From the sequence record DRR723986_6729: a stretch of DNA of 48,665 bases; one strand, given 5' to 3'. Within the stretch, counting starts at the first letter, position 1; each line of letters opens with the position of its first letter. A program made the position numbers and the translations under genes. Shown here piece by piece: positions 9,480 through 19,210 of the stretch. Under the pieces are notes generated by a model. The model was not told the DNA's origin, made no database searches, and worked only from the letters and a program-made list of their open reading frames with translations.

Positions 9480-10331
9480 ATGAACAAAACCTACCTTAAC
9501 CTTCTCAGTTGTCTTGCACTCCTGATATCAACTTTCAGTATTTCTGCTGCTCAAGAATTATTTCCCTTCAAGTCGGTAGATACCACTGAGCTATTTATGG
9601 AAGTGTACTATCCCGATCAAATGATTGCAGGTGAAAAATATCCTGCATTAATATTCTTTTATGGTGGCGGTTGGAATTCAGGAAGTAGAGCTCAATTCGA
9701 GCCTCAGGCAGCTTATTTTGCCAAAAGGGGGATTGTATGTTTTTTAGCAGATTACAGAATTAAAAATATCCATAAGACAGGTCCATATGAATCATTAAAA
9801 GATGCTAAATCTGCTATCCGATACCTAAGAGCACATGCAGAGGATTTTCAAATAGATGGAAATAAACTGATTGCTGCTGGAGGTTCTGCAGGTGGTCATT
9901 TGGCTGCAGCTACAGCTTTAATAGAGGGATACAATGAGATCACTGATGACTTGTCTATTAGCCCTGTTCCTAATGCTCTTGTACTATTTAACCCCGTAAT
10001 AGACAATGGGCCAGGAGGATATGGATATGAGCGAATTGGAGGAGAATACAAAGAATTTTCACCCTTGCATAACGTTGTAGCTGGTGCACCTCCTACGCTG
10101 TTTTTGCTTGGCACCAAAGACTCATTAATCCCAGTAGCCACAGGTCAATATTATAAGATGGTGATGGAGAAGGTTGGCAGTAGATGTGATTTGATATTAT
10201 ATGAAGATCAACCACATGGTTTCTTCAATTATTCCCAATTCGAAAATTATAAAAAGACTGTTGAAGCAACGGATATTTTCCTACAATCACTGGGCTATTT
10301 GCAAGAAGATTCGATATTGGTTATAGAATAG
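9480..10331 (+). CDS. Secreted alpha/beta hydrolase (esterase/lipase, HSL-like)
   Basis: YGGGW oxyanion motif, GGSAGG nucleophile, D..PHGFFN; signal peptide. Confidence 0.88.
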   Translation: MNKTYLNLLSCLALLISTFSISAAQELFPFKSVDTTELFMEVYYPDQMIAGEKYPALIFFYGGGWNSGSRAQFEPQAAYFAKRGIVCFLADYRIKNIHKTGPYESLKDAKSAIRYLRAHAEDFQIDGNKLIAAGGSAGGHLAAATALIEGYNEITDDLSISPVPNALVLFNPVIDNGPGGYGYERIGGEYKEFSPLHNVVAGAPPTLFLLGTKDSLIPVATGQYYKMVMEKVGSRCDLILYEDQPHGFFNYSQFENYKKTVEATDIFLQSLGYLQEDSILVIE

Positions 10332-10354
10332 CTTCTATTGTTTTAAAAAATATA

Positions 10355-10495
10355 TGATTATCCGCAAAGATGGCAGTCACCTTAAATTCTTTGCTTTTCT
10401 GGCCGGATGACCGATGATCGAAGCGGCCTCAATGTCTAAGTTTAACCTATTCTTCTTTGCTTTTGACCCCATCCTGGCACAAAAGCGGATAATCA
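10355..10495. repeat. 141-nt structured intergenic element with 11-bp terminal inverted repeats (MITE-like or ncRNA)
   Basis: TGATTATCCGC (10355-65) / GCGGATAATCA (10485-95); nested stems; homologous to 1-99. Confidence 0.65.
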
Positions 10496-10546
10496 AAAAA
10501 AAATAGAGAACTGTTGAAGTTTTAAAAACCTCGATGGTTGAAACAA

Positions 10547-10574
10547 TAAAAGCCGAAGTTTCCTCCGGCTTTAG
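10547..10574 (-). terminator. Intrinsic terminator downstream of the TM2 gene
   Basis: AAAGCCG...CGGCTTT stem, with the A-run giving a U-tail on the minus strand. Confidence 0.55.
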
Positions 10575-10592
10575 CACTAGTTAAGTTTATAA

Positions 10593-10973
10593 TTAGGTAG
10601 TCGTGTTCGTCACATCTCCAGGGTAATTCGCATTCAGCATGTTCATCGTCTCATGAGCCACTTTGATGTTATACTCGTAGGCGAGACTCTTATAGTTTAC
10701 CAAATCGACGATCGTACCGATAAAACATAGTCCGATGGTCAAAATATAAAGGATACCCAAACCAATTTGACCGAGGATAAATCTATGTAATCCAGCAAAA
10801 CCAAAGAAACCAAGAAGAGTTAAAATCAGAATCATCTGGGAGTCTTTTCTTCTGGCGCGATAAACCTGTGCGAAAAGAGATGCCTGATCTTCATCCATGT
10901 TTTTCATCAAACCCTGGATGTAACCCAGTTCCATTCCCTCCAATTCTGGAAGGTGTCTTAATACATTAGCCAT
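10593..10973 (-). CDS. TM2 domain membrane protein
   Basis: LLGFFGFAGLHRFILGQIGLGILYILTIGLCFIGTIVDL. Confidence 0.9.
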   Translation of the reverse strand: MANVLRHLPELEGMELGYIQGLMKNMDEDQASLFAQVYRARRKDSQMILILTLLGFFGFAGLHRFILGQIGLGILYILTIGLCFIGTIVDLVNYKSLAYEYNIKVAHETMNMLNANYPGDVTNTTT

Positions 10974-11271
10974 AATTGTGTGTTGTTTTTAAGTTTTTAA
11001 TAAGTTGCCAAATTCTGGAGAAAATAACCACATACGCTAGCAATGCCAGTGGATGCATCTCCCAAGAAGCCAAGAAATCTCCTCGAATAAGAAGACTCAT
11101 AGAGCGTCCTAGTCCACATCCCGGACACCAATCTATACCTAATTGACTCAGCGGACAGAGACTTAAATGACTCCCTCCATGAGGATCTAGGAAAATAATT
11201 GCAACTAAACTACCAATCCAGAAGATCAGCTCTAGCGGCAAATTTGATATCCATCGGGTGATTACCTTCAT
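10966..11271 (-). CDS. DUF2752 domain membrane protein (ORF track starts at 11307)
   Basis: LCP....G..CPGCGLGRS...G.F..S..MHP; commonly paired with TM2 genes. Confidence 0.85.
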   Translation of the reverse strand: MKVITRWISNLPLELIFWIGSLVAIIFLDPHGGSHLSLCPLSQLGIDWCPGCGLGRSMSLLIRGDFLASWEMHPLALLAYVVIFSRIWQLIKNLKTTHNYG

Positions 11272-11380
11272 GTCTGCTAGATGTACGAAAAAGATGCCAT
11301 TGATCAAAAGTGCCTTTGAATGCCTTAATTACCAGTTTAAGCTAAGGTAAGTGAATGCAAACGAACATAAAAGTGTACGG

Positions 11381-12460
11381 TTATGAACGGTTTAATGTCG
11401 GTAATTTAATTTCCAGCTTTTCTCCAAAAAGGGCTATTTGATTGGATTCATTTTGCCGGGCTATCTGAGCATATCCTTTCACACTTCCGTAAGTTTTCCA
11501 ACCTGAGAATTTAAAAACCAAGCCCAGCAATTCTCCATTTATAGGAATGGAGGATTGGATATGCAATGCTTTTGCCGATTCTTTCCCCAAGAAAAAATAT
11601 AGTATGGGTTCTACTTGGCTAGAAATCAAAGGATCTGCGATGGAAGATTTATAATGAGAAATTAAAGCTTGGATCAAGAGATGTCCTGCTGTCGTGGATT
11701 TTAAATGTCGCTTTCGGATAAGTTTTTCCAATGCAAATGCCTCCTTGGGATTATCTGGCCAGTATTTTTCTTGAATTCCCATCAATCGTCCCACCCATTT
11801 CCAATACTGCATAATCAAGGAAACTTCTTCAGAGCTAACGTTAAACCCCATTTTCTTCCATCCTCGAATGACGATCAGGCTGAAAGAAAGATTGGTTCCG
11901 ATCAGGTCTTCCTGGTTGATGGGTTTACCAAATGCTTCATTCCAGTCATTGGAATAGTGAGAAATAAAATACCGACTGAATGCATGGATCAACCGAACCT
12001 TTGCACAGGTTAGAAAAGCTTTCTTCTTGGTGAGAAATGCCCCTGGTTCAAAAATATCCAAAATAAACGTCCCCGTTTCTCCCAATCTACGACCGATATC
12101 ATTGAGAATGCGCTTTGACCTTACCAGCACCTCCGCCCCATCTCCAAACGCGTAAGCATAAGGAAGCGAGTAAAACCCGAGCATGGCTAGATATAAATCA
12201 CCTTTTTGATCAAAGAGCCGTTGACCCTGAGCCAGAATTTCTTCCGGTAGTTCCTTTTGCTCCAAATAAAAGTTAAAAAAGGCCTGAAATGCTGGAGGAT
12301 AAGAATCTTCTATCTCATTGGGGATTTCTGCCCAAGAGTTTACCTGAGTGATTAATTCTGGATATTTTACCAATACCTTAACCAACTGATCTGCAAGCGG
12401 ATCTTGAAGCGTTCTCAAGTGGTCAAATTCGATATTCTGGTATAGTTTTAGTTTACTCAC
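11381..12460 (-). CDS. MpaB/Lcp-like (DUF2236) oxygenase family protein
   Basis: D.LAD, SLPYAY, RRL.ET..F, KVRLIHA..R, PINQED...T motifs. Confidence 0.8.
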   Translation of the reverse strand: MSKLKLYQNIEFDHLRTLQDPLADQLVKVLVKYPELITQVNSWAEIPNEIEDSYPPAFQAFFNFYLEQKELPEEILAQGQRLFDQKGDLYLAMLGFYSLPYAYAFGDGAEVLVRSKRILNDIGRRLGETGTFILDIFEPGAFLTKKKAFLTCAKVRLIHAFSRYFISHYSNDWNEAFGKPINQEDLIGTNLSFSLIVIRGWKKMGFNVSSEEVSLIMQYWKWVGRLMGIQEKYWPDNPKEAFALEKLIRKRHLKSTTAGHLLIQALISHYKSSIADPLISSQVEPILYFFLGKESAKALHIQSSIPINGELLGLVFKFSGWKTYGSVKGYAQIARQNESNQIALFGEKLEIKLPTLNRS

Positions 12461-12510
12461 ACCATTCTAACCTTGATTTTGTACTTTGGTTGAAAAATTT
12501 ATTAAAACCC

Positions 12511-13389
12511 ATGCAAAAGAGTTTTTTCCTTAGTGCTAGTTTTTGTCTGTTTTTAGTCTGTTCATGCATTGCCCAAGTGGGTACAGACCTCTGGGTGATC
12601 CATACAAGTGGCAAGGGAGGCAACTTAAAATTATTACCTGAAACGGCAAAAGCTCTCACTGACCGAGTTGAATATGACAATCAGCCGAGTTTCATCAATG
12701 ACTATCAACTAGTTTTCTCCGCTGCCGATGTAGAAGGAAATCATGATATAATAGTCTATAATTTTGAAGCAGAAAAATTCACCAATCTTTCCAAAACATC
12801 CGATAGAAGTGAATTCTCTCCCAGGATTACGGATTGTGGTATGTATATCTCCGCTGTAGTGATGGAGGCAGATGGGACGCAGCGAATATGGCTATACCCT
12901 ACCTCATTTGAACCCGCTGAACTACTTTACGACGACATAGAACCTGTTGGCTACTACGACTGGTATGACAATAAAGCAGCGATGTTTGTGCTGGGAAATC
13001 CAACTAAACTAATTTATGCCAAAGGGAGAAATGACCTGATTGAAATAGACTCTGCCATCTCCCGCTCCATCCAAAAAAGACCAAACTCCTCTGAAATCAC
13101 TTATATGACGCAACCAGAGGAGGGCCAAGCTGGAATTATTAAAAGCTACGATATTGAAAATGGAGAAAGAGAAGTATATCTTGGAGGACTTTTAGGTTCT
13201 CAGGATTTTATCTGGCTGGACAAAAAGCACCTCTTGATGGCTTCAGGAAATGAGATTTTCGTAAGAAAATACACTGATTCCGAGTGGAAGTCTCTTGGGG
13301 AAATAGAATCTAATACGCATCAAAACATCACCCGAATGGCCTATAGCGCAGATCTTAATGTGCTAGTGGTCGCAATGAATAGAAAATAA
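12511..13389 (+). CDS. Secreted TolB-like beta-propeller hypothetical protein (ORF track starts at 12490)
   Basis: Signal peptide, YDNQPSF, SEFSP, EPVGYY.W repeat-like motifs. Confidence 0.7.
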   Translation: MQKSFFLSASFCLFLVCSCIAQVGTDLWVIHTSGKGGNLKLLPETAKALTDRVEYDNQPSFINDYQLVFSAADVEGNHDIIVYNFEAEKFTNLSKTSDRSEFSPRITDCGMYISAVVMEADGTQRIWLYPTSFEPAELLYDDIEPVGYYDWYDNKAAMFVLGNPTKLIYAKGRNDLIEIDSAISRSIQKRPNSSEITYMTQPEEGQAGIIKSYDIENGEREVYLGGLLGSQDFIWLDKKHLLMASGNEIFVRKYTDSEWKSLGEIESNTHQNITRMAYSADLNVLVVAMNRK

Positions 13390-13398
13390 CATTACACT

Positions 13399-14310
13399 AT
13401 GAACCCCATTAAATCATCCTTATTAATAGCTGCAATCTTGGTTGGAACGCAGGGATTTTCTCAAGAAATAGAAGATAAAAAAGGTATTGTAGCCAAAAAT
13501 GCTGAATTGGTAAAAGTACAAGATGGCTTTGAGTTTACTGAAGGTCCTGCTGTTAATCGTTTTGGAGATGTATATTTCACCGATCAGCCTAATAATAGAA
13601 TCCACAAGTGGAATGCCTTGTCTAATGAAATCAGCGTATTCAAAGAAGATGCTGGTCGTGCAAATGGAATGTATTTTCTTCTTGACGGCACTTTGGTAGC
13701 TGCTGCAGACAATAAAAACGAACTCTGGGCTTTCGATACCGAAGGCAATCACGAGGTTTGGATTTCAGCATTTAAAGGAAAAAAGCTCAATGGGCCTAAC
13801 GACCTATGGGTTAGACCGAAAGGTGGGATTTATTTTACTGATCCCCTTTATCCAAGACCTTATTGGGAACGAAGCAAAGACTCTGAACAGCAAGGGCAAA
13901 ATGTATATTTTTTGTCTGCAGATAGAACTGAGCTTTTCGCAGTTGCAGAAGACTTGACTCAGCCTAACGGTATCGTAGGAACGCCAGATAGTAAGTTCCT
14001 TTATGTGTCTGATATAGGTGCCAAAAAAACTTTTAAATACGAGGTGAGGGAAGATGGCTATCTAATCAATAAGGAGCTTTTCTGTGAAATGGGTTCCGAT
14101 GGCATGACTATAGACGAGCGTGGCAATGTTTATCTCACTGGAAATGGAGTTACAGTATTTAATCGAAATGGTGAGCAGATCGCACACATTCCTGTTCCAT
14201 CCCGATGGACAGCCAACGTGGTGTTTGGAGCTTTGGATAGGAAAACGCTATTTATTACCGCTACTGATGCAGTTTACACTTTACAAATGAAAAACAGAGG
14301 AGTTTGGTAA
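13399..14310 (+). CDS. SMP-30/gluconolactonase/LRE family protein
   Basis: FTEGPA, NGPNDL, PNGI, DGMTID..GNVY. Confidence 0.92.
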   Translation: MNPIKSSLLIAAILVGTQGFSQEIEDKKGIVAKNAELVKVQDGFEFTEGPAVNRFGDVYFTDQPNNRIHKWNALSNEISVFKEDAGRANGMYFLLDGTLVAAADNKNELWAFDTEGNHEVWISAFKGKKLNGPNDLWVRPKGGIYFTDPLYPRPYWERSKDSEQQGQNVYFLSADRTELFAVAEDLTQPNGIVGTPDSKFLYVSDIGAKKTFKYEVREDGYLINKELFCEMGSDGMTIDERGNVYLTGNGVTVFNRNGEQIAHIPVPSRWTANVVFGALDRKTLFITATDAVYTLQMKNRGVW

Positions 14311-14337
14311 GATCATTTAACATTAGATTATGAATGC

Positions 14338-14374
14338 AAAAAACCCGGAAGAAAATTAATCTCCCGGGTTTTTT
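14338..14374. terminator. Bidirectional intrinsic terminator
   Basis: AAAAAACCCGG...CCGGGTTTTTT between convergent genes. Confidence 0.8.
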
Positions 14375-14423
14375 ATGGTTGGATAGCCTGCTTTTACTTA
14401 GCTATGCTAGAAAAAACTGCTGA

Positions 14424-15761
14424 TTAAAAAATACCTATATAGTGATTACCTGGCTGATTAACCAAGGTAGCACCTTTGCTAGCAAGGCCAGTATTGCTAT
14501 CTAAAATATAAATGTTTCCATTTTTGCCCACTGGAGTAAAAGCCATATAGACATCTGTACCATCTACTACAAAACCTTGATATTGATTGAACTCCAAGTC
14601 AGGATCGTAAGGAAGATCAACAATAGAAGCCGTTTTAGCATTTAGATCCATCCAAACTACGAAGCCATTTTCAGCACCATCATGAGAAATAAGTGCGAAT
14701 GCTTTCCCGTTTTGTGCATACTGCCAAGCTTCAATGGTAACCCCCGTTAAGCCAAGCGCATCATTTAAGCTGAAGACATAAGAATTGTCATATTCATTGT
14801 TTTGGTTGATTTTGAGAATATGAGATCCCGCAGGGTCTCTCTCGGTAGCCTGATAGATGTTATTATCATCACCCAAGTAGCTATAATGACTTCTGTAACC
14901 ACTATTGTCTCCATGCGCAACAGTCGAAGTAATCACTGTCGGATTAGCAAACGATGGATAATCTACTACCACTGATTTAGTACCCAATCTTTCATAATCT
15001 CCTTCCGTTTCACCTGTTGCCACATTGTATTTACGCATCCAAGTTCCGATGATCAGCTTATCTTCAGCAGCATTTAGTACTGACCCGTCTAGTCTAAAAA
15101 TAGTATGACCAGCAGCTTCCTCCTCTTCGGTAAGCGGAATTTCATATTGCACATAGTTTTTAATCAATGACTCCTCTAGATCCAAAGCCAAAATTGTAGC
15201 TACACCTCTGTAGTATTCAAATGGAGTTAGTGGATTAGGATCTGCTTCAGTTGGGGCATTGTTCGCAGTAATATTCGCCATGTTTAGGGCAATACCTGTT
15301 TTGTCTCCATCATATAATTTCAACCATCGAGGGGAAGTCCCTGCATACTGGGAAATATTCACTGACACGTCAGACTGAACGAAATTTCCACCACCATTAA
15401 CTGTGTATCTGGAGAATTCACCGCCATTATCACCGGTATATGCGATGTTGAATAAGGTAGAGCCATCCTCTGAAGATTGCAGACGAGCGGTTCTGTTTGA
15501 TTTCACTCCAAATCCCTCGGTATATACGCTGATCTGGGTATCAGGATCTTTTGCTTCCTCTTTGGTCACTGAATAAACCATCGTTCCACCGTTTCCATCT
15601 CCAGGATTTGTTCCCATCAAGGCTCCCGCTACAGTGATAAATCTATCTTCTGTCTCCACAGGAGGTGTGATAGGGTCACCCCCATTATCGCTACAGCTAC
15701 TAAGTGCTACTGTGCTCATTAAGGCTCCAAGTGTCAAAAAATTTAAGAATTGCTTTTTCAT
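14424..15761 (-). CDS. Surface lipoprotein, DUF4374-like partner of the TonB receptor
   Basis: Lipobox LSSC followed by acidic SDN, beta-rich, C-terminal KGATL motif; co-oriented behind a TBDR. Confidence 0.7.
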   Translation of the reverse strand: MKKQFLNFLTLGALMSTVALSSCSDNGGDPITPPVETEDRFITVAGALMGTNPGDGNGGTMVYSVTKEEAKDPDTQISVYTEGFGVKSNRTARLQSSEDGSTLFNIAYTGDNGGEFSRYTVNGGGNFVQSDVSVNISQYAGTSPRWLKLYDGDKTGIALNMANITANNAPTEADPNPLTPFEYYRGVATILALDLEESLIKNYVQYEIPLTEEEEAAGHTIFRLDGSVLNAAEDKLIIGTWMRKYNVATGETEGDYERLGTKSVVVDYPSFANPTVITSTVAHGDNSGYRSHYSYLGDDNNIYQATERDPAGSHILKINQNNEYDNSYVFSLNDALGLTGVTIEAWQYAQNGKAFALISHDGAENGFVVWMDLNAKTASIVDLPYDPDLEFNQYQGFVVDGTDVYMAFTPVGKNGNIYILDSNTGLASKGATLVNQPGNHYIGIF

Positions 15762-15797
15762 AATTTACTTGTGGTTGGTTAACTATAATAGGTTGAT

Positions 15798-18221
15798 TTA
15801 AAATTTATTAATGCTGTAGTTTAGCTTAAGGTAAAAACCTCTACCGGGCTTTTGAACAGCAAAATTGTCGTAGGCCTGCTGGTCAAAAATGTTTTTCAAG
15901 TCAGCACTGATCACCAGCTTTTCACTTGGAAAAACATAATTCAAACCGATGTCTTGGATGAATTGTCGGGGAGTCCGGAAGTCTTCTATTTCCAGCCAAG
16001 TGGTATAAAATCGATCTACAAATCCGAAGCTGTAATAAAGATTTAGTGCGGAGCGATCTTGGATCAAATTCTTAAATCCATACTGAACCGTTGAATTGAT
16101 CGTGAAAAATGGTTCGTTTGGAAGCTGCTGGTTATAATAATTGTACTCATTCCCGTTTGGATCATATTGAATATTGAATACGGAATTAAATTTCGAGAAA
16201 TTGAGGAGTACACTGAAGTTCTCATTCCAGGTATAGTTGATCTCTCCCTCAAACCCGATTGATTTTGTTTTCCCCAAATTCTCGAAGGGATCTGTTTGCA
16301 CTGCATCATTGAGTCTTGGGTTGATTTTTCGTACAATTTTATCCTTTGTATCGCGTAAAAACCCCGAGGCGTAAATAGTGAATTTGCTAGTTGAAGTTAG
16401 CTGGTAAGGCCCACTGCGGAATCCAAGATTAAGGTTGTTACTGACTTCTGGTCTGATTCCAATATTTTCTATGATGTTTTCTCCGGGGCTACCAAAAATT
16501 TCATTTTCAGAAGGCATTCTCACGGCTTTTTCTGCAGAAAGTAGGATTGTCATGCCTTTATTTAATACATAGGAAGTAGCTAATCCATACCCTGAGGTCG
16601 TGTTTTTACTGGCTACCCTATCTTCAGATTTTACAGTTTCTCCATTTTGTGTGACCAAAATCGGGTCCATTCGATCAATTTGCTGCTGATAATATTTTCC
16701 AAAAAGGTTTGCTTTAAACTTGGACTCAAACAATGTTGCTTCATATGCCAAAGCAGAAATATTCTTAGTTAAATCTCTAGTACCAATAAACTCGCGTTCT
16801 CTGGCAGGCCTCATCAGGTCACGCTGAGATCTATCTATGGTGTAGTACATATGACTAAAAACCATTCGATGCTTTTCTGAGAAATCATAAGTAGTACCAC
16901 CTCTGAAAGTTGAAATGTTTCTATTGATGTGATTGATAGTAGGAGCTCCCTGTTGGGCACCATTTGGTCTCAGGATTGGATCACCGTTAAGTCCAATACT
17001 TTGCTCGCCAAACCAGTTGTAATTCCAGCGGACAGTATCATTTACTACCTCTTTACGATCACTGATCATCCCATTGAAATTGATCTCTAGACCTTTTGTA
17101 AGGAAATCTGATTTCACATAGTTGACGCTAAAAACTTTGGCTTGAGATTCTGTGAAACGACCTTTATATGGAATAGTCATGTAGGTTCCGTGCTGGATTT
17201 CATTGTAATCATCAGAGACATTAACCCCCAGATAGAACTGATCAGCCCACTTTACATTTGTAAAACCAGCTTGAATATTTGCTCCAGCAGATCTATATGC
17301 ATCATTGAATCGCTTGGCTCGGACATATTCGTATCGACCATTTGCAAGAATATTTCGGACAAATTTGCCCCAAACCTCGTAGTCATTGTCTGAGTAGTTG
17401 TAAAATCCAGAAGCTTTTACTGTAAATCCAGAATTTGAATTTCGGTATGATCCACTGACATTGGCTTGCTGGGTATTGAATGAACCGTAGGATAAAGAAG
17501 CTGTTAAGTTATTCATAGCTCCTTTTTTCAAGATTACGTTAATAGCTCCACCTAAAGCGTCATCAGCCAAATGGACTGGAATTACGCCTTTGTAAACTTC
17601 AATTCGCTCAATTAGTGCAGGAGGAATACTATTAAGACTGAAAGATGCTCCATAAGTGGAAATGGCTACTCCATCGATAAAAATGCGTACCGAATTCCCT
17701 GACATTCCATTTAGATTGTAGGAAACTTGAGATCCTAATCCCCCATTTTGACGAACCCTCACTCCTACGGATTTATTCAATAAGTCATTGGTTTGAAATG
17801 AGTTTAAGGAAGCCTTTTTGGTTTCAATCACGTTCACTGCAAAACCTGCCGCTTCTATTTCACTTTTGTGCGACTCCGCCTCAACTATAACCTCTGCTAG
17901 TTCACTGTCTGCAACTCGTTCGAGCATAGTAGAAACCTTTACGCTAGGCTTATCAATGAGGATACTAAAGTCATGCTTTTGAATTTCTATACTACTCACA
18001 TTGATCTGATGTGATCCAAAAGGGATATCCGTCAGTTCATATCTTCCTCGTTCGTCCGAAAGCGCGTGCTTTTTTATGGTGGAGATAAATACTGTGGCAT
18101 AGGCAACAGGTGCACCGTCGTTAAATTTCAATGTTCCTGATACTTTACCGGTTTGGGAAAAAGCATAGCCAGAAAGTAAAATTGCAGATGCAAAAAGTAT
18201 TAAGGTAAGATTTGTTTTCAT
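15798..18221 (-). CDS. TonB-dependent receptor (likely iron/siderophore type)
   Basis: CarboxypepD-like N-terminal domain, plug IERIEVYKG..DALGGAIN, C-terminal QKPGRGFYLKLNY..F. Confidence 0.92.
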   Translation of the reverse strand: MKTNLTLILFASAILLSGYAFSQTGKVSGTLKFNDGAPVAYATVFISTIKKHALSDERGRYELTDIPFGSHQINVSSIEIQKHDFSILIDKPSVKVSTMLERVADSELAEVIVEAESHKSEIEAAGFAVNVIETKKASLNSFQTNDLLNKSVGVRVRQNGGLGSQVSYNLNGMSGNSVRIFIDGVAISTYGASFSLNSIPPALIERIEVYKGVIPVHLADDALGGAINVILKKGAMNNLTASLSYGSFNTQQANVSGSYRNSNSGFTVKASGFYNYSDNDYEVWGKFVRNILANGRYEYVRAKRFNDAYRSAGANIQAGFTNVKWADQFYLGVNVSDDYNEIQHGTYMTIPYKGRFTESQAKVFSVNYVKSDFLTKGLEINFNGMISDRKEVVNDTVRWNYNWFGEQSIGLNGDPILRPNGAQQGAPTINHINRNISTFRGGTTYDFSEKHRMVFSHMYYTIDRSQRDLMRPAREREFIGTRDLTKNISALAYEATLFESKFKANLFGKYYQQQIDRMDPILVTQNGETVKSEDRVASKNTTSGYGLATSYVLNKGMTILLSAEKAVRMPSENEIFGSPGENIIENIGIRPEVSNNLNLGFRSGPYQLTSTSKFTIYASGFLRDTKDKIVRKINPRLNDAVQTDPFENLGKTKSIGFEGEINYTWNENFSVLLNFSKFNSVFNIQYDPNGNEYNYYNQQLPNEPFFTINSTVQYGFKNLIQDRSALNLYYSFGFVDRFYTTWLEIEDFRTPRQFIQDIGLNYVFPSEKLVISADLKNIFDQQAYDNFAVQKPGRGFYLKLNYSINKF

Positions 18222-18246
18222 GTACCGCCTGATATGAATCTGGAGG

Positions 18247-18368
18247 CAAATCTAATCTTTAATTATAATTAATCTAAATAGGGATTATAAAAATTCTAAC
18301 ATCTTCACACGAAAAATGACTTATCTGCCTCTTATTCAGCATCTTACTATTTATAAAAAATCTAAATA
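18247..18368 (-). promoter_or_regulatory. TBDR promoter (-7 TAGATTTG on the minus strand, 18247-54) with two 21-bp AT-rich palindromic boxes (18260-80, 18348-68), putative Fur-type iron boxes
   Basis: TAATTATA-N5-TCTAAATA and TATTTATA-N5-TCTAAATA. Confidence 0.6.
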
Positions 18369-18380
18369 AATATAGACAAT

Positions 18381-18416
18381 AAAGAAAGGGCTATTGAAAA
18401 TAAATCCAATAGCCCT
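18381..18416 (-). terminator. Intrinsic terminator of the DsbA/FrnE gene
   Basis: AGGGCTATTG...CAATAGCCCT 10-bp stem preceded by an A-rich run. Confidence 0.7.
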
Positions 18417-18441
18417 AAAGTTAACTCATCAAATTGATGCT

Positions 18442-19149
18442 CTAACACTTATTTCCATCCACATCACAAGCTTCCCCATCCCCTTTCGACATTTCAAGAA
18501 CTGGATTTGACTTTGCAAATTCATTCCAAGCTTTTTCCAAAGTCTGGTCAAATACCTCATCAGGCTGTGCACCAGAGATTCCAAACTTTCTATCCAAAAC
18601 AAAGAATGGAACTCCCCTTACTCCTAGCTGACGCGATTCATAGATGTCCTGATCTACTTCGTTTTCGAATTTGTCTGAATACAGTACTTCTGTGACAACA
18701 TTTTCTTCCAAACCTATTTCATTTGCTAAGCTTAGTAGAGCCGCATTATCATCTATATTGACCGAATCAGTAAAGTATGCTTTGAGTAAGCTTTCCTTCA
18801 TCTCATCCCCTTTTCCTACTGTTTTAGCCAGATGTAAAAGTCTGTGGGCTTTCTTGGTATTCGCTACTACTGTTTTGTCAAGATGATATTCCAATCCTTC
18901 TTGCGCAGCCATATTGGCTACATTAGCAGTGATTTCCTTTGTTTGTTCAAGTGACCATCCTTTTACTTCAGCCAGATATTCCTGGGAACTCTTAGTTGGT
19001 TGAGTGACTTGATCTGGATTAAGCAAAAAGCTCTTCCACTCTATCTCTATTTTATCTTTCTGAGGAAACTTTTCAATTGCCTTTTCAATTTTTCTCTTGC
19101 CGATGTAACAAAATGGACATGCTACATCTGACCATATTTCTATTTTCAT
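18442..19149 (-). CDS. DsbA family oxidoreductase (FrnE-like)
   Basis: IWSDVACPFCYIG, GVRGVPFF, SGAQP, C-terminal C.VDG.C. Confidence 0.92.
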   Translation of the reverse strand: MKIEIWSDVACPFCYIGKRKIEKAIEKFPQKDKIEIEWKSFLLNPDQVTQPTKSSQEYLAEVKGWSLEQTKEITANVANMAAQEGLEYHLDKTVVANTKKAHRLLHLAKTVGKGDEMKESLLKAYFTDSVNIDDNAALLSLANEIGLEENVVTEVLYSDKFENEVDQDIYESRQLGVRGVPFFVLDRKFGISGAQPDEVFDQTLEKAWNEFAKSNPVLEMSKGDGEACDVDGNKC

Positions 19150-19210
19150 AGCTAAATTCTTTAATTAACTTATGATGAAATAGAAATTAGGCCAAAAGAG
19201 TTCATCTGAT

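Noticed and set aside
7470-10331. Polysaccharide utilisation locus around the GH29 fucosidase
   Set aside because: There is no adjacent susC/susD pair, regulator or further CAZyme.
10402-10428. Hammerhead-ribozyme-like core (CCGATGA...CGAAG)
   Set aside because: It lacks the required CUGANGA and GAAA cores and the three-stem junction.
10377-10577. 66-aa minus-strand ORF
   Set aside because: It starts inside a terminator hairpin and runs through the structured repeat. The repeat copy at 1-99 does not appear to preserve a comparable protein.
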